This document shows, one piece after another, positions 35,382 to 44,014 of a DNA stretch of 64,000 bases. Positions within the stretch are counted from its first letter, which is position 1, and every line of letters begins with the position of its first letter. This DNA is from Saccharofermentanales bacterium (GTDB taxonomy: Bacteria > Bacillota > Clostridia > Saccharofermentanales > DTU023), in contig JBMNTA010000006.1 in NCBI GenBank assembly GCA_050945495.1, positions 16,178 to 80,177 on the forward strand. The letters run 5' to 3'. The notes beneath the pieces are model-generated. The model ran no database searches, had not been told where the DNA came from, and was given only the letters and a program-made list of their open reading frames with translations. Made by a program: the position numbers and the translations under genes.

Positions 35382-35763
35382 TTTTATCGATCCGTTCGTC
35401 CGTTTTCATGCGCAAGAGTCCGAACAACTTCCGCCCGAAATGATCGTCATCGCGACAGAGTCGGACATACACTTCGGCCGAGTTGTCCAAGTGCCAGGCC
35501 AACAGCGTCTCCGCGTCGTCGCCCGCCTCTTTCAAGATGGCGCTCAGGGGCCGCTCGTTGAAAAACCGCTTGAGTTCGCGGCTCGCGCGCTTGCGTTCAC
35601 CGCGCCCCTTATGTCCGGACGCGTATACGTGGCAGTAAATCCACGGCCGCAAAAAAATGTCTCCGGTCTTGCCTTCCTCATATTTTAACGGGAAAAAGCG
35701 ATACGACCGAAGGGCGTCGTCGAGCGACAAATCGGCGATATCGGGACGATCGTTCATCTCCAT
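35149..35763 (-). CDS. hypothetical cytoplasmic protein (unknown family), translationally coupled to the MATE gene
   Basis: ORF-track 35149..36051 trimmed to MEMNDRP (ATG 35763), preceded by GGAGGAAAA. The start overlaps the MATE stop by 10 nt. No motif recognised. Confidence 0.55.
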   Translation of the reverse strand: MEMNDRPDIADLSLDDALRSYRFFPLKYEEGKTGDIFLRPWIYCHVYASGHKGRGERKRASRELKRFFNERPLSAILKEAGDDAETLLAWHLDNSAEVYVRLCRDDDHFGRKLFGLLRMKTDERIDKIIRDTYLSMIPLLAMLSDVPERTSMIRALDRACRRTFPTRAEDIRSLVETHLDEATRSLLPAFDSSSEGSREAPSAR

Positions 35764-37262
35764 GAGCTGTTTTCCTCCTTCGATGCTTTGGAAGCTTCGG
35801 ATGCTTGGATCAAAGCGGCCATCTCCTCCAAGGATAACTCCGACGAACTTGTCGGGGCGTCGTCGGAGGCGGCCCGTCGGGCCGCTTCGGCGTCGGCCGC
35901 CTCTTCTTCGCGTATCCGCGCTTTCGGCACCACGCCACCCTTGATCCAAATGTACACCAAATACGCCAAAAGTGCCGCGGTCCATGACAAGGGATAGGCC
36001 AACACCACGACCCGGAACGTTTGCACGACGGGCACCACGCTGAAGATCCACAGCAGACGGAACCCGGCCATGAAGACCAAGGTCACCCCCAAGGGGAAGA
36101 CCGATTGTCCCAAGCCGCGAATGGATCCCGCCAAGACTTCCGTGATGCCGAAGATCCAGTACAACGACAGGATGTAGATCATGATGTGGGTGCTGTACGC
36201 CACGACGTTCGGATCGGGATTGAAGGCTCGTGCGATGGGATAACGCAGCAGCAGCAAAATGCCCGAAACGACGATCACAATGCCGACCATGAGCGCGATG
36301 CCTTGGTATGTCCCCTTTCGCGCACGCTTGTACCGACGGGCGCCGACGTTGGCCCCCGTAAACGTCATGACCGCCAACGCGATGGCGCTGATGATCATGA
36401 AGACAAACCCGTCCACGCGCGTGGCGACCGAAAAGCCCGCCACGGCGTGTTTGCCGAAGCCGTTGATGACGGCCTGCAAAAAGACGTTCGACAAGGCGAT
36501 GACAAACGCTTGCAGCCCGGCGGGAATGCCGACCTTCATGGTGTCGGGCAGAATATCGCGGTGAAACGAGATGTCCCGAAGGAACAGGCGAAACGGCTCA
36601 TGGCTCAACATCAAGCTCGCGGTGACCAGGATCGCCGTCACGATTTGCGCCGCGACGTACGCACAGGCCGCGCCCGTCACGCCCCAGTCGAACACCCGGA
36701 CAAACAACAAGTCGAGCCCGATGTTCAAGATCACGCCGATCGACAAAAAGATCATGGGATGGCGCGTATCGCCGACGCCGCGCAGGATGCCCGCCCCCAT
36801 GTTGTAGATGATGACGGGCAGGCCGCCCGCAAGGTAGATGCGCAGATAGCGTACGGCGTACGGCATGATGTCAGCGGGCGTCTGCATCCATCCGAGCATG
36901 ATCGGCGCCAAACCGACCCCGATGCCGGTGATGACGAGTCCCGCGACCACCGCGACGGCATACCCCGTGTGAACCACTTTGTAGAGGCCGTCGTAGTTCC
37001 CCGATCCGTTCACTTGCGCCGTGATCACGGAGACCCCGGTCGCCAGCCCGACCGACAGATTGATGATCATGCTGATGACCGAGGCCGTCGCCCCGACGCC
37101 CGCCATGGCATCGAGTCCGGCATAGCGTCCGATGATCATCAGATCAAAGATCGCATAGAGCTGCTGCATGATGTTCGTGACGAGCACGGGCAACGCAAAA
37201 AGGAGGATCTGCTTCCAGATCGTCCCTTCCGTCAAATTCACCGGTCGCCGAAGCCTAGGCAT
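35754..37262 (-). CDS. MATE family efflux transporter with acidic C-terminal tail
   Basis: 502 aa, 12 TM. N-terminal LTEGTIWKQILLFALPVLVTNIMQQLYAIFDLMIIGR is typical of MATE/NorM. Confidence 0.9.
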   Translation of the reverse strand: MPRLRRPVNLTEGTIWKQILLFALPVLVTNIMQQLYAIFDLMIIGRYAGLDAMAGVGATASVISMIINLSVGLATGVSVITAQVNGSGNYDGLYKVVHTGYAVAVVAGLVITGIGVGLAPIMLGWMQTPADIMPYAVRYLRIYLAGGLPVIIYNMGAGILRGVGDTRHPMIFLSIGVILNIGLDLLFVRVFDWGVTGAACAYVAAQIVTAILVTASLMLSHEPFRLFLRDISFHRDILPDTMKVGIPAGLQAFVIALSNVFLQAVINGFGKHAVAGFSVATRVDGFVFMIISAIALAVMTFTGANVGARRYKRARKGTYQGIALMVGIVIVVSGILLLLRYPIARAFNPDPNVVAYSTHIMIYILSLYWIFGITEVLAGSIRGLGQSVFPLGVTLVFMAGFRLLWIFSVVPVVQTFRVVVLAYPLSWTAALLAYLVYIWIKGGVVPKARIREEEAADAEAARRAASDDAPTSSSELSLEEMAALIQASEASKASKEENSSWR

Positions 37263-37282
37263 ACGTCATCCTCACCCGGGGG

Positions 37283-38527
37283 TCATCCCAATCGCATCTT
37301 AAAATCGTCGTACGTAAACGAGCGCACCGTCCGTACCTCGCCCGATCGGTCGATCAGGACGATCGACGGCAACGGCATGCCGTTGAAGGTATTGTTTTTC
37401 ACCATCGTGTAGATGGCCATGTCTTCAAACATCACGCGATCCCCGGCGACAAGCGGTCGTCCGAAATCGTACGTGCCGATGATGTCGCCCGCCAGGCACG
37501 TGGGGCCGGCCAGCGTCACCGAATGCTTGCCGCGGCCGACCGTGCCCGCCCACATCGACGTCGGATCGTCGAGGGGAAGCAATCGGGCGCGCGGCGTGTA
37601 CGGCATCTCCAAAACATCCGGCATGTGGCACGCGGCCGAGGCATCGAGGATCGCCACCGGGCCGCCATCGGTTTGCATGACGTCGAGCACCTCCGCAACG
37701 AGCCACCCGGCATCGAGGGCGACGGCCTCGCCGGGCTCAAGGTACACACGCGCCCCCGTCGCGGCCTCAACGCGTCGGATGATCGCATGCAATAAATCGA
37801 GATCGTAATCGGCGCGCGTGATGTGATGGCCGCCGCCGAGATTGATCCATCGGAGGGGCGGCAAGGACGGGCCGAACGTCTCGGCCATGTGCGCGATCGT
37901 CCGATCGAGCACGTCCGCGCCCTGCTCGCACAGCGAATGAAAATGCACCCCGTCCAAGCCGTCGAAACGGCCCGCCGCGACGCCCTCCCGAAAGGCGTTC
38001 GCCCCGACGCCCAATCGCGAATCGGGACGCGCGGGATCGTACAGCGGCACATCGACTTCGGAATAGCCGGGATTGACCCGAAGCCCGCACGAAATCGGCC
38101 GTCCGCCCGAGGCATTGTGCGCGCGGACCCGATCACGGAACCGCTCCCATTGCTCAAACGTATTGAACACGATCACGTCGACCACACCCAAAAGACGGTC
38201 GAATTCGTCGTCTTTGAAGGCCGGCGCGTAGACGTGCACCTCCCGCGCCTCTCCCATCGCTTCGCGCGCCAGGCGCGCTTCGTAGAGTCCGGAACTCGCG
38301 GCCCCGGAAAGGTACCGGCCGATCAGCGGGTACAGCCGGAACATGGAAAAGGCTTTTTGCGCGAGCAAAATGCGGCATCCCGTGGCGTCGGCCACACCGC
38401 GGAGCACGGCGAGATTGCGTTCGAGTGCCCGGGCATCCACCACGTAGCACGGCGTCTCCGGACGCCGCAAAACCTCCCCCTCCGGGAGGGATGCATCGCA
38501 CGTTCGACGGACGGAATCGACAGACAT
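37283..38527 (-). CDS. nspC: carboxynorspermidine/carboxyspermidine decarboxylase
   Basis: 414 aa, alanine-racemase-fold PLP decarboxylase. TPCYVVDARALERNLAVL, ILLAQKAFS, NLGGGHH. Directly follows the CASDH gene. Confidence 0.85.
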   Translation of the reverse strand: MSVDSVRRTCDASLPEGEVLRRPETPCYVVDARALERNLAVLRGVADATGCRILLAQKAFSMFRLYPLIGRYLSGAASSGLYEARLAREAMGEAREVHVYAPAFKDDEFDRLLGVVDVIVFNTFEQWERFRDRVRAHNASGGRPISCGLRVNPGYSEVDVPLYDPARPDSRLGVGANAFREGVAAGRFDGLDGVHFHSLCEQGADVLDRTIAHMAETFGPSLPPLRWINLGGGHHITRADYDLDLLHAIIRRVEAATGARVYLEPGEAVALDAGWLVAEVLDVMQTDGGPVAILDASAACHMPDVLEMPYTPRARLLPLDDPTSMWAGTVGRGKHSVTLAGPTCLAGDIIGTYDFGRPLVAGDRVMFEDMAIYTMVKNNTFNGMPLPSIVLIDRSGEVRTVRSFTYDDFKMRLG

Positions 38528-38533
38528 GGGCGC

Positions 38534-39733
38534 TTACGGCACCAACGTCGGATTCGGATCGACGATCCACGGCAAACCGAATCGATTCAAGTCGGCCATG
38601 AACGGGTCGGGATCGAGTTGTTCCACATTCCAGACGCCGGGTTGCTTCCACAGGCCGCGCAAGACCATCGACGCCCCGATCATCGCCGGCACGCCCGTCG
38701 TGTACGACACGGCTTGCGAGCCGACCTCGCGGTACGCTTCCTCGTGGTCGCAGATGTTGTACACGCGCCACGTCTTCGGTTCGCCGTCTTTCACGCCTTT
38801 GAAGATGCAGCCGATGTTGGTCTTGCCCTTCGTCCGCGGTCCGAGCGACGCCGGATCCGGCAGGACGGCCTTCAAAAATTGCAGCGGAACGATCGGTCGC
38901 CCCTCATACATGATGGGCTCGATCGAGGTCATGCCGACGTTTTGCAGGCAGCGAAGATGCGTGAGGTAGCTCTCGCCGAACGTCATGAAGAAGCGAATGC
39001 GACGGACGGACGGCAAGTGGCGCGCCAGCGATTCCAACTCTTCGTGATACAGAAGATACATGTCGCGGACGCCGACGCCTTCAAAGTCGTATTGACGTTT
39101 GATCTCCATCGGTCGGGTCTCGATGAATGCGCCGTCTTCGTAGTAACGTCCGTTGGCCGACACTTCGCGAATGTTGATTTCGGGATTGAAATTCGTGGCG
39201 AACGGATGGCCGTGATCGCCGCCGTTGCAATCCAAAATATCGATCTCGTGAATCTCGTCAAAGATATGTTTGGCGGCATAGGCGGAAAAGACGCCGGTGA
39301 CGCCGGGATCGAATCCGGATCCCAAAACAGCCGTCAACCCGCGCTCGCGAAAGCGATCCCCGTACGCCCACTGCCACTTGTACTCGAACTTGGCCGTATC
39401 CTCCGGCTCGTAGTTGGCCGTATCGAGGTAATCGACGCCCGTCGCGAGGCACGCCTCCATGATCGTCAGATCTTGGTACGGGAGCGCCAAATTCATCACG
39501 ATGTCGGGCCGTTCCGCCTCGATCAACGCGATGAGCTCCGGGACGTTATCGGCGTCCACGCGTGCCGTCGTGATCGGCACCCCGCGGCCGTCCAATGCGG
39601 CCTTCAAATCATCGCACCGCGACTGCGTTCGGCTGGCGATGCACAACGACTGGAAAACGTCTTTATTTTCAACGCACTTGTGCGCCGCGACTTGCGCGAC
39701 CCCTCCGGCGCCGATGATCAATGCTTTGGACAT
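38534..39733 (-). CDS. carboxynorspermidine/carboxyspermidine dehydrogenase (saccharopine-dehydrogenase fold)
   Basis: Rossmann ALIIGAGGVAQV, DYLDTANYEPEDTAKFEYKWQW, LGSGFDPGVT. Start trimmed to MSKALI (ATG 39733; GAAGGAGGG upstream). Confidence 0.85.
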   Translation of the reverse strand: MSKALIIGAGGVAQVAAHKCVENKDVFQSLCIASRTQSRCDDLKAALDGRGVPITTARVDADNVPELIALIEAERPDIVMNLALPYQDLTIMEACLATGVDYLDTANYEPEDTAKFEYKWQWAYGDRFRERGLTAVLGSGFDPGVTGVFSAYAAKHIFDEIHEIDILDCNGGDHGHPFATNFNPEINIREVSANGRYYEDGAFIETRPMEIKRQYDFEGVGVRDMYLLYHEELESLARHLPSVRRIRFFMTFGESYLTHLRCLQNVGMTSIEPIMYEGRPIVPLQFLKAVLPDPASLGPRTKGKTNIGCIFKGVKDGEPKTWRVYNICDHEEAYREVGSQAVSYTTGVPAMIGASMVLRGLWKQPGVWNVEQLDPDPFMADLNRFGLPWIVDPNPTLVP

Positions 39734-39764
39734 ACACGAACCCTCCTTCAATCATGGAACATGC

Positions 39765-39788
39765 AAAAAAGACGAGGCGCGCCGCCTC
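39765..39788 (-). terminator. short GC hairpin + U6 immediately upstream of the CASDH ribosome-binding site
   Basis: Minus strand GAGGCG-GCG-CGCCTC (39788-39774), then GTC, then TTTTTT (39770-39765). The SD begins about 15 nt further on. Confidence 0.45.
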
Positions 39789-39816
39789 CGAAGATGACGA
39801 CCGTCCGTCCCGATTC

Positions 39817-39825
39817 ACTATAGCA
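39817..39825 (-). promoter_or_regulatory. extended -10 element (TGCTATAGT) in the speB-CASDH gap
   Basis: Minus strand TG-C-TATAGT. No convincing -35. Confidence 0.35.
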
Positions 39826-39895
39826 GAATAACGCGACAAAAACGCTCGCGGACGGCCGTCATTGTGACGAACATATCCGGGATGATGACGCCGTG

Positions 39896-40750
39896 TCACG
39901 CCATGGCCAAAAGCCACTCTCGCAAGACCTTGCACGCAACGGCCGTCGATGCCCCCGACAGATCCAAGGGAGGCGCGAGCTCCATGAGATCGGTTCCGAC
40001 GATGCGACAGGTCCCCATGGCGCGGAGCGCGTGCCACAGATCGGCCAAGGCCACGCCCCCCGGTTCCGGGGTCCCGGTGCCCGGTAAAATCGACGGATCG
40101 ATCACGTCGAGGTCGATCGTGACGTACAGCGGCACGTCCCCCAGATCGTCGACGACGGCCGGCAGCGGCGCCAACGTAAAGGCATGAAAATCGAGATGTC
40201 GATGCGCAAACGCGAATTCCTCGCGCGTCCCGGATCGCACGCCGAACGAATGGATCCGACCGTCGCCCAAAAGATCATGGCAACGGCGCATCACGCACGC
40301 GTGCGACCGCGGATCGCCCAGATAATCGTCGCGAAGATCGGTGTGAGCGTCGAGATGCACGATGTGCAGGTTGGGATATACCGCGTGCAGGGCGCGCACG
40401 GCGCCCAAGGTCAACGAATGGTCGCCGCCGATCATCACGGGCAGGCGGCCGTCGTCCAAAAGCTCGCCGACGGTGCGCTCGACGCGCTTTTGCGCGAGCT
40501 CGGTGTGCCCCGCGGGCATCTCGAGGTCGCCGAGGTCCGCCACCGCCATGTCGTCGAGATCGCGATCCTGATACGGGCTGTACGTCTCGAGCCCCCACGA
40601 ATCGGTGCGCATGGCGTTCGGGGCGAACCGCGCCCCGGGGCGAAACGACGTCGCCCCGTCGTAAGGAGCGCCGAACAACGCGACGCGACTCGCCTCGTAC
40701 GGCGTCTCGCATCCGCAAAAGGTCACGGGTTCAAACAAAGTTCGATCCAT
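39896..40750 (-). CDS. speB: agmatinase-family ureohydrolase
   Basis: GGDHSLT, HLDAHTDL, DLDVIDPS Mn-binding motifs. Start trimmed to MDRTLF, whose ATG overlaps the speE stop (ATGA at 40748-40752). Confidence 0.85.
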   Translation of the reverse strand: MDRTLFEPVTFCGCETPYEASRVALFGAPYDGATSFRPGARFAPNAMRTDSWGLETYSPYQDRDLDDMAVADLGDLEMPAGHTELAQKRVERTVGELLDDGRLPVMIGGDHSLTLGAVRALHAVYPNLHIVHLDAHTDLRDDYLGDPRSHACVMRRCHDLLGDGRIHSFGVRSGTREEFAFAHRHLDFHAFTLAPLPAVVDDLGDVPLYVTIDLDVIDPSILPGTGTPEPGGVALADLWHALRAMGTCRIVGTDLMELAPPLDLSGASTAVACKVLREWLLAMA

Positions 40751-41667
40751 CAGGCTTCCTCCCCGGGCGTCCAGACACGGCCCTCCGACGTGCTGCGCGG
40801 ATACACATCGTCGAGCAGCTCGCCCCGTTCGAGCAAACGCTCGACGTACGTCGGCAGCGCAAAGGCCCCCACGTGAACGTTCGTATTGTAATAGCGCGTC
40901 TTCAGACCGTGGGCGCGCCACCGCGCTTCGTCAAAATCCTCGATCGGGTCGTACGTCATGGACATGAAGCCGAACAGCCAGTGCCCCGCGGGATACGTCG
41001 GGATGTGTGCCTGATACACCCGCGAAATGTCGAAGATGGCGCGCGTCTTCTTGTGGGTGGCCGCCGCTTCTTCGGCGTCTTCGCGATAGAACGGTCCCTC
41101 ATGTTGGTTGACCAGGATCCCGTCCGCATGGAGCGCATGGCGACAGTTGCCGTAAAATTCACGCGTGAACAAGCTCTCGCCCGGGCCGAACGGATCCGTC
41201 GAATCGACGATGATCACATCGAAGCGATCGCGGCAACGGCGCACGTAGCGCAGTCCGTCCTCGTTTAAAATCGTCACGCGCGGATCGTCGAAGGCTCCCG
41301 AGACGGTGGGCAGATAACGGCGCGCGACCGCGATCACCATCGGATCGATCTCCACGAGCACGATCGATCGCACCTCGGGGTAGCGGCATAATTCGCGCAC
41401 CACGCCGCCGTCACCGCCCCCGATCACCAGCACATCACGCGGATGCGGGTGCACCGCCATCGGGACGTGCGTGATCATCTCGTGGTAAATGAACTCGTCC
41501 TTTTCCGTCATCATGATGACGCCGTCCATCACCAGGATGCGACCGAACTCATACGTATCGAACACCTGAATGTGCTGATATTCCGAATGGCGGGAAAACA
41601 GTTGACGCCGAACGCGGAAGCCGATCCGCATGTCGGCGGAATGGTATTCGCTGAACCACAGTTCCAT
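40750..41667 (-). CDS. speE: spermidine synthase-family aminopropyltransferase
   Basis: WFSEYH, GRILVMDGVIMMTEKDEFIYHEM, VLVIGGGDGGVVRE, IIVDSTDPFGP. Start trimmed to MELWF (ATG 41667; GGAGG upstream). Confidence 0.9.
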   Translation of the reverse strand: MELWFSEYHSADMRIGFRVRRQLFSRHSEYQHIQVFDTYEFGRILVMDGVIMMTEKDEFIYHEMITHVPMAVHPHPRDVLVIGGGDGGVVRELCRYPEVRSIVLVEIDPMVIAVARRYLPTVSGAFDDPRVTILNEDGLRYVRRCRDRFDVIIVDSTDPFGPGESLFTREFYGNCRHALHADGILVNQHEGPFYREDAEEAAATHKKTRAIFDISRVYQAHIPTYPAGHWLFGFMSMTYDPIEDFDEARWRAHGLKTRYYNTNVHVGAFALPTYVERLLERGELLDDVYPRSTSEGRVWTPGEEA

Positions 41668-41678
41668 GACAACGCCTC

Positions 41679-43151
41679 CTACGATTCCAGCATGACGTAG
41701 AGATGCTCCACGGCCGGATCCTCCGTGCCGGTCATCGTGCTCCCCTTCGCCTTGGCATAGCGAATGTATCTCAAAACATCGGGGGTCACGCGTTCGCCCG
41801 GCGCCAGGATCGGGATGCCCGGCGGATAACACATGACGGATTCGGTCGCGATCCGCCCTTCGCAGGCCGCAAACGGGAGCGATTCCGACGGCGCGTAGAA
41901 CGCCTCCGCCGGCGAACAGACGACTTCCGGAGGGATGTATTCGTTCACGAGATCGCGCGCGGGCTCACCGGCATGCGACGCGTAAATGTCGGTCAACGCC
42001 GCAATCAAGCGTTCGATCGCGACCGGGCGGTCGCCGACCGACAAAATGGCGAGGAAATTATGCAAATCGCCGAATTCGATCTGGATGTCGTAATCGTCGC
42101 GCAAGAGATCGTACAGCTCCACGCCCGAAAGGCCCATGGCGCGCGTATGCACCGGCAATTTGCACGCGTCGAACGCGTAAAACGCGTCGCCGTCGCAGCG
42201 TTCCGAACCGAACGCATTGAAGCCGCCGATGTGATTGATCTCGCCACGCGCGTATTCGGCCATCTCGATGACGCGCGCGTAAATCGTTTCGCCGTGGAGG
42301 GCCAAGAGGCGGCGCGTGATGTCCAACGATGACAGCAACAAATACGAGGCACTCGTCGTCTGCGTCAAATTGATGATCTGGTGCACGTATCCGTGGTCGT
42401 CACGCATGCCGGGCCCCAAGAGCAACAGCGAACTCTGCGTCAACGATCCGCCGGTCTTGTGCAACGACACGGCGCTCATGTCGGCGCCGGCGTCCATGCC
42501 GGAAATCGGCAATGCGGGAGAAAAATAGAGGTGCGTGCCGTGCGCCTCATCGACCAACACGCGCATGCCGGCCGCGTGCACGAGCGCCACGATCGCCTGG
42601 AGGTTCGCGCACACCCCGTAATACGTCGGATTGTTGACGAGCACGGCCTTGGCGTCCGGATGCGCCGCCACGGCCGCCCGCACATCCTCCACCGACATCC
42701 CCAACGGGATCCCCAATTCGACATCGACGGACGGGTTCACGTACACGGGAATCGCCCGCGCAAGAATCAGCGCGTTGATCGCGGAACGGTGCACATTGCG
42801 CGGCATGATGATTTTGTCGCCCGGCGAACAGGTGGAAAGGATCATCGCCTGCACGGCCGAGGTGGTCCCGTTCACCATGAAAAAACAACGGTCGGCGCCG
42901 AACGCGTCGGCCGCGAGCATCTCCGCGTCGCGGATCACCCCCGTCGGATGGATCAGCGTGTCGAGCATCTGCATCGAATTGACGTCGACCGACATGCACT
43001 GCTTGCCCAAAAATTCCGTCAGCGGCGCATTGCCGCGTCCCTGTTTGTGGCCGGGCACGTCGAACGACACCATTCGCCGCCGACGATACGCCAGGAGCGC
43101 TTCGTACAAGGGCGCCGCCGTTTGATCCAACGCATACGTGCGATTACTCAA
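41679..43151 (-). CDS. speA: Orn/Lys/Arg decarboxylase-family PLP enzyme (biosynthetic arginine decarboxylase type)
   Basis: FDVPGHKQG, MVNGTTSAVQAMIL, SLHKTGGSLTQSS (PLP-Lys). Proposed TTG start at 43151 has GGGAGG 7 nt upstream and overlaps the speD stop. The ORF track extends to 43229. Confidence 0.85.
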   Translation of the reverse strand: MSNRTYALDQTAAPLYEALLAYRRRRMVSFDVPGHKQGRGNAPLTEFLGKQCMSVDVNSMQMLDTLIHPTGVIRDAEMLAADAFGADRCFFMVNGTTSAVQAMILSTCSPGDKIIMPRNVHRSAINALILARAIPVYVNPSVDVELGIPLGMSVEDVRAAVAAHPDAKAVLVNNPTYYGVCANLQAIVALVHAAGMRVLVDEAHGTHLYFSPALPISGMDAGADMSAVSLHKTGGSLTQSSLLLLGPGMRDDHGYVHQIINLTQTTSASYLLLSSLDITRRLLALHGETIYARVIEMAEYARGEINHIGGFNAFGSERCDGDAFYAFDACKLPVHTRAMGLSGVELYDLLRDDYDIQIEFGDLHNFLAILSVGDRPVAIERLIAALTDIYASHAGEPARDLVNEYIPPEVVCSPAEAFYAPSESLPFAACEGRIATESVMCYPPGIPILAPGERVTPDVLRYIRYAKAKGSTMTGTEDPAVEHLYVMLES

Positions 43152-43941
43152 AGATGTTCCTCCCGCTGAAAATCTCCAGCATCTCCCGCTCGAGCGCTTC
43201 GCGCACGGCCCGGCGCTCGTCGCTCGCAAGGTCCGCTTCGGTCAGATCGAAGAGATAATCGTCCAAATTCAGCTCGCGCAGGCGCATGCGCGTGTGAAAG
43301 AGATTCGCCTCCGGCACGTTCACGTCGACGGTGCGGTAGCGCGCGAGCGTGTTCGGCGCGATAAAATCTTGAATCGAACGGATGGGGTCGTCCAGAAAAT
43401 ATTTCTTGCCGCGCGTGTCCCGCGTGAATCCTCGCACGCGGAAATCGACGGAGATGATGTCGGAATCAAAGCTTTGGATCAAATAATCGAGCGCCGCCAA
43501 CGGCGAGACGCGGCCGCACGTCGAGACATCGATGTCGACGCGAAACGTTGAGATCGCACGGCTCGGGTGCGATTCCGGGAACGTATGCACCGAGACATGA
43601 CTCGTGTCCAGATGCGCGCATACCGAAGACGGCGGCAGCACCCCGCGGTTGTTCGCGGGATCAATGTCCGCCTCCTCCAGCGGGCCGTCCGCGATCAACA
43701 AACTGACCGACGCCCCCTGCGGCTTATAATCTTGTTTCGACAAATTCAAGATGTGCGCCCCGATGATCTCGGTCAAATGACGCAGAATCCCGGTCAAACG
43801 CTCGGCATTGTATTGTCCGCCGATGTAATCGATGTACGCCTGTTTCGCGGCATCGGTCGGCGCGTAACAGACATCGTAGATGTTGAAACTCAACGATTTT
43901 GTGAGGTTGTTGAACCCGTACAATTCCAACGATTTCTTCAA
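43144..43941 (-). CDS. speD: S-adenosylmethionine decarboxylase proenzyme (E. coli-type SpeD)
   Basis: MKKSLELYGFNNLTKSLSFNIYD...QDYKPQGASV...HLDTSHVSVHTFPESHP aligns along its whole length with enterobacterial SpeD as recalled. TTG start with GGAGGG upstream. Confidence 0.9.
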   Translation of the reverse strand: MKKSLELYGFNNLTKSLSFNIYDVCYAPTDAAKQAYIDYIGGQYNAERLTGILRHLTEIIGAHILNLSKQDYKPQGASVSLLIADGPLEEADIDPANNRGVLPPSSVCAHLDTSHVSVHTFPESHPSRAISTFRVDIDVSTCGRVSPLAALDYLIQSFDSDIISVDFRVRGFTRDTRGKKYFLDDPIRSIQDFIAPNTLARYRTVDVNVPEANLFHTRMRLRELNLDDYLFDLTEADLASDERRAVREALEREMLEIFSGRNIFE

Positions 43942-44014
43942 GCGACGCCCTCCCCCGACAAACCAAATCGATTGCGTTCATTCTATCATGGGGGGCCCCA
44001 TCGTTGCACCGACG

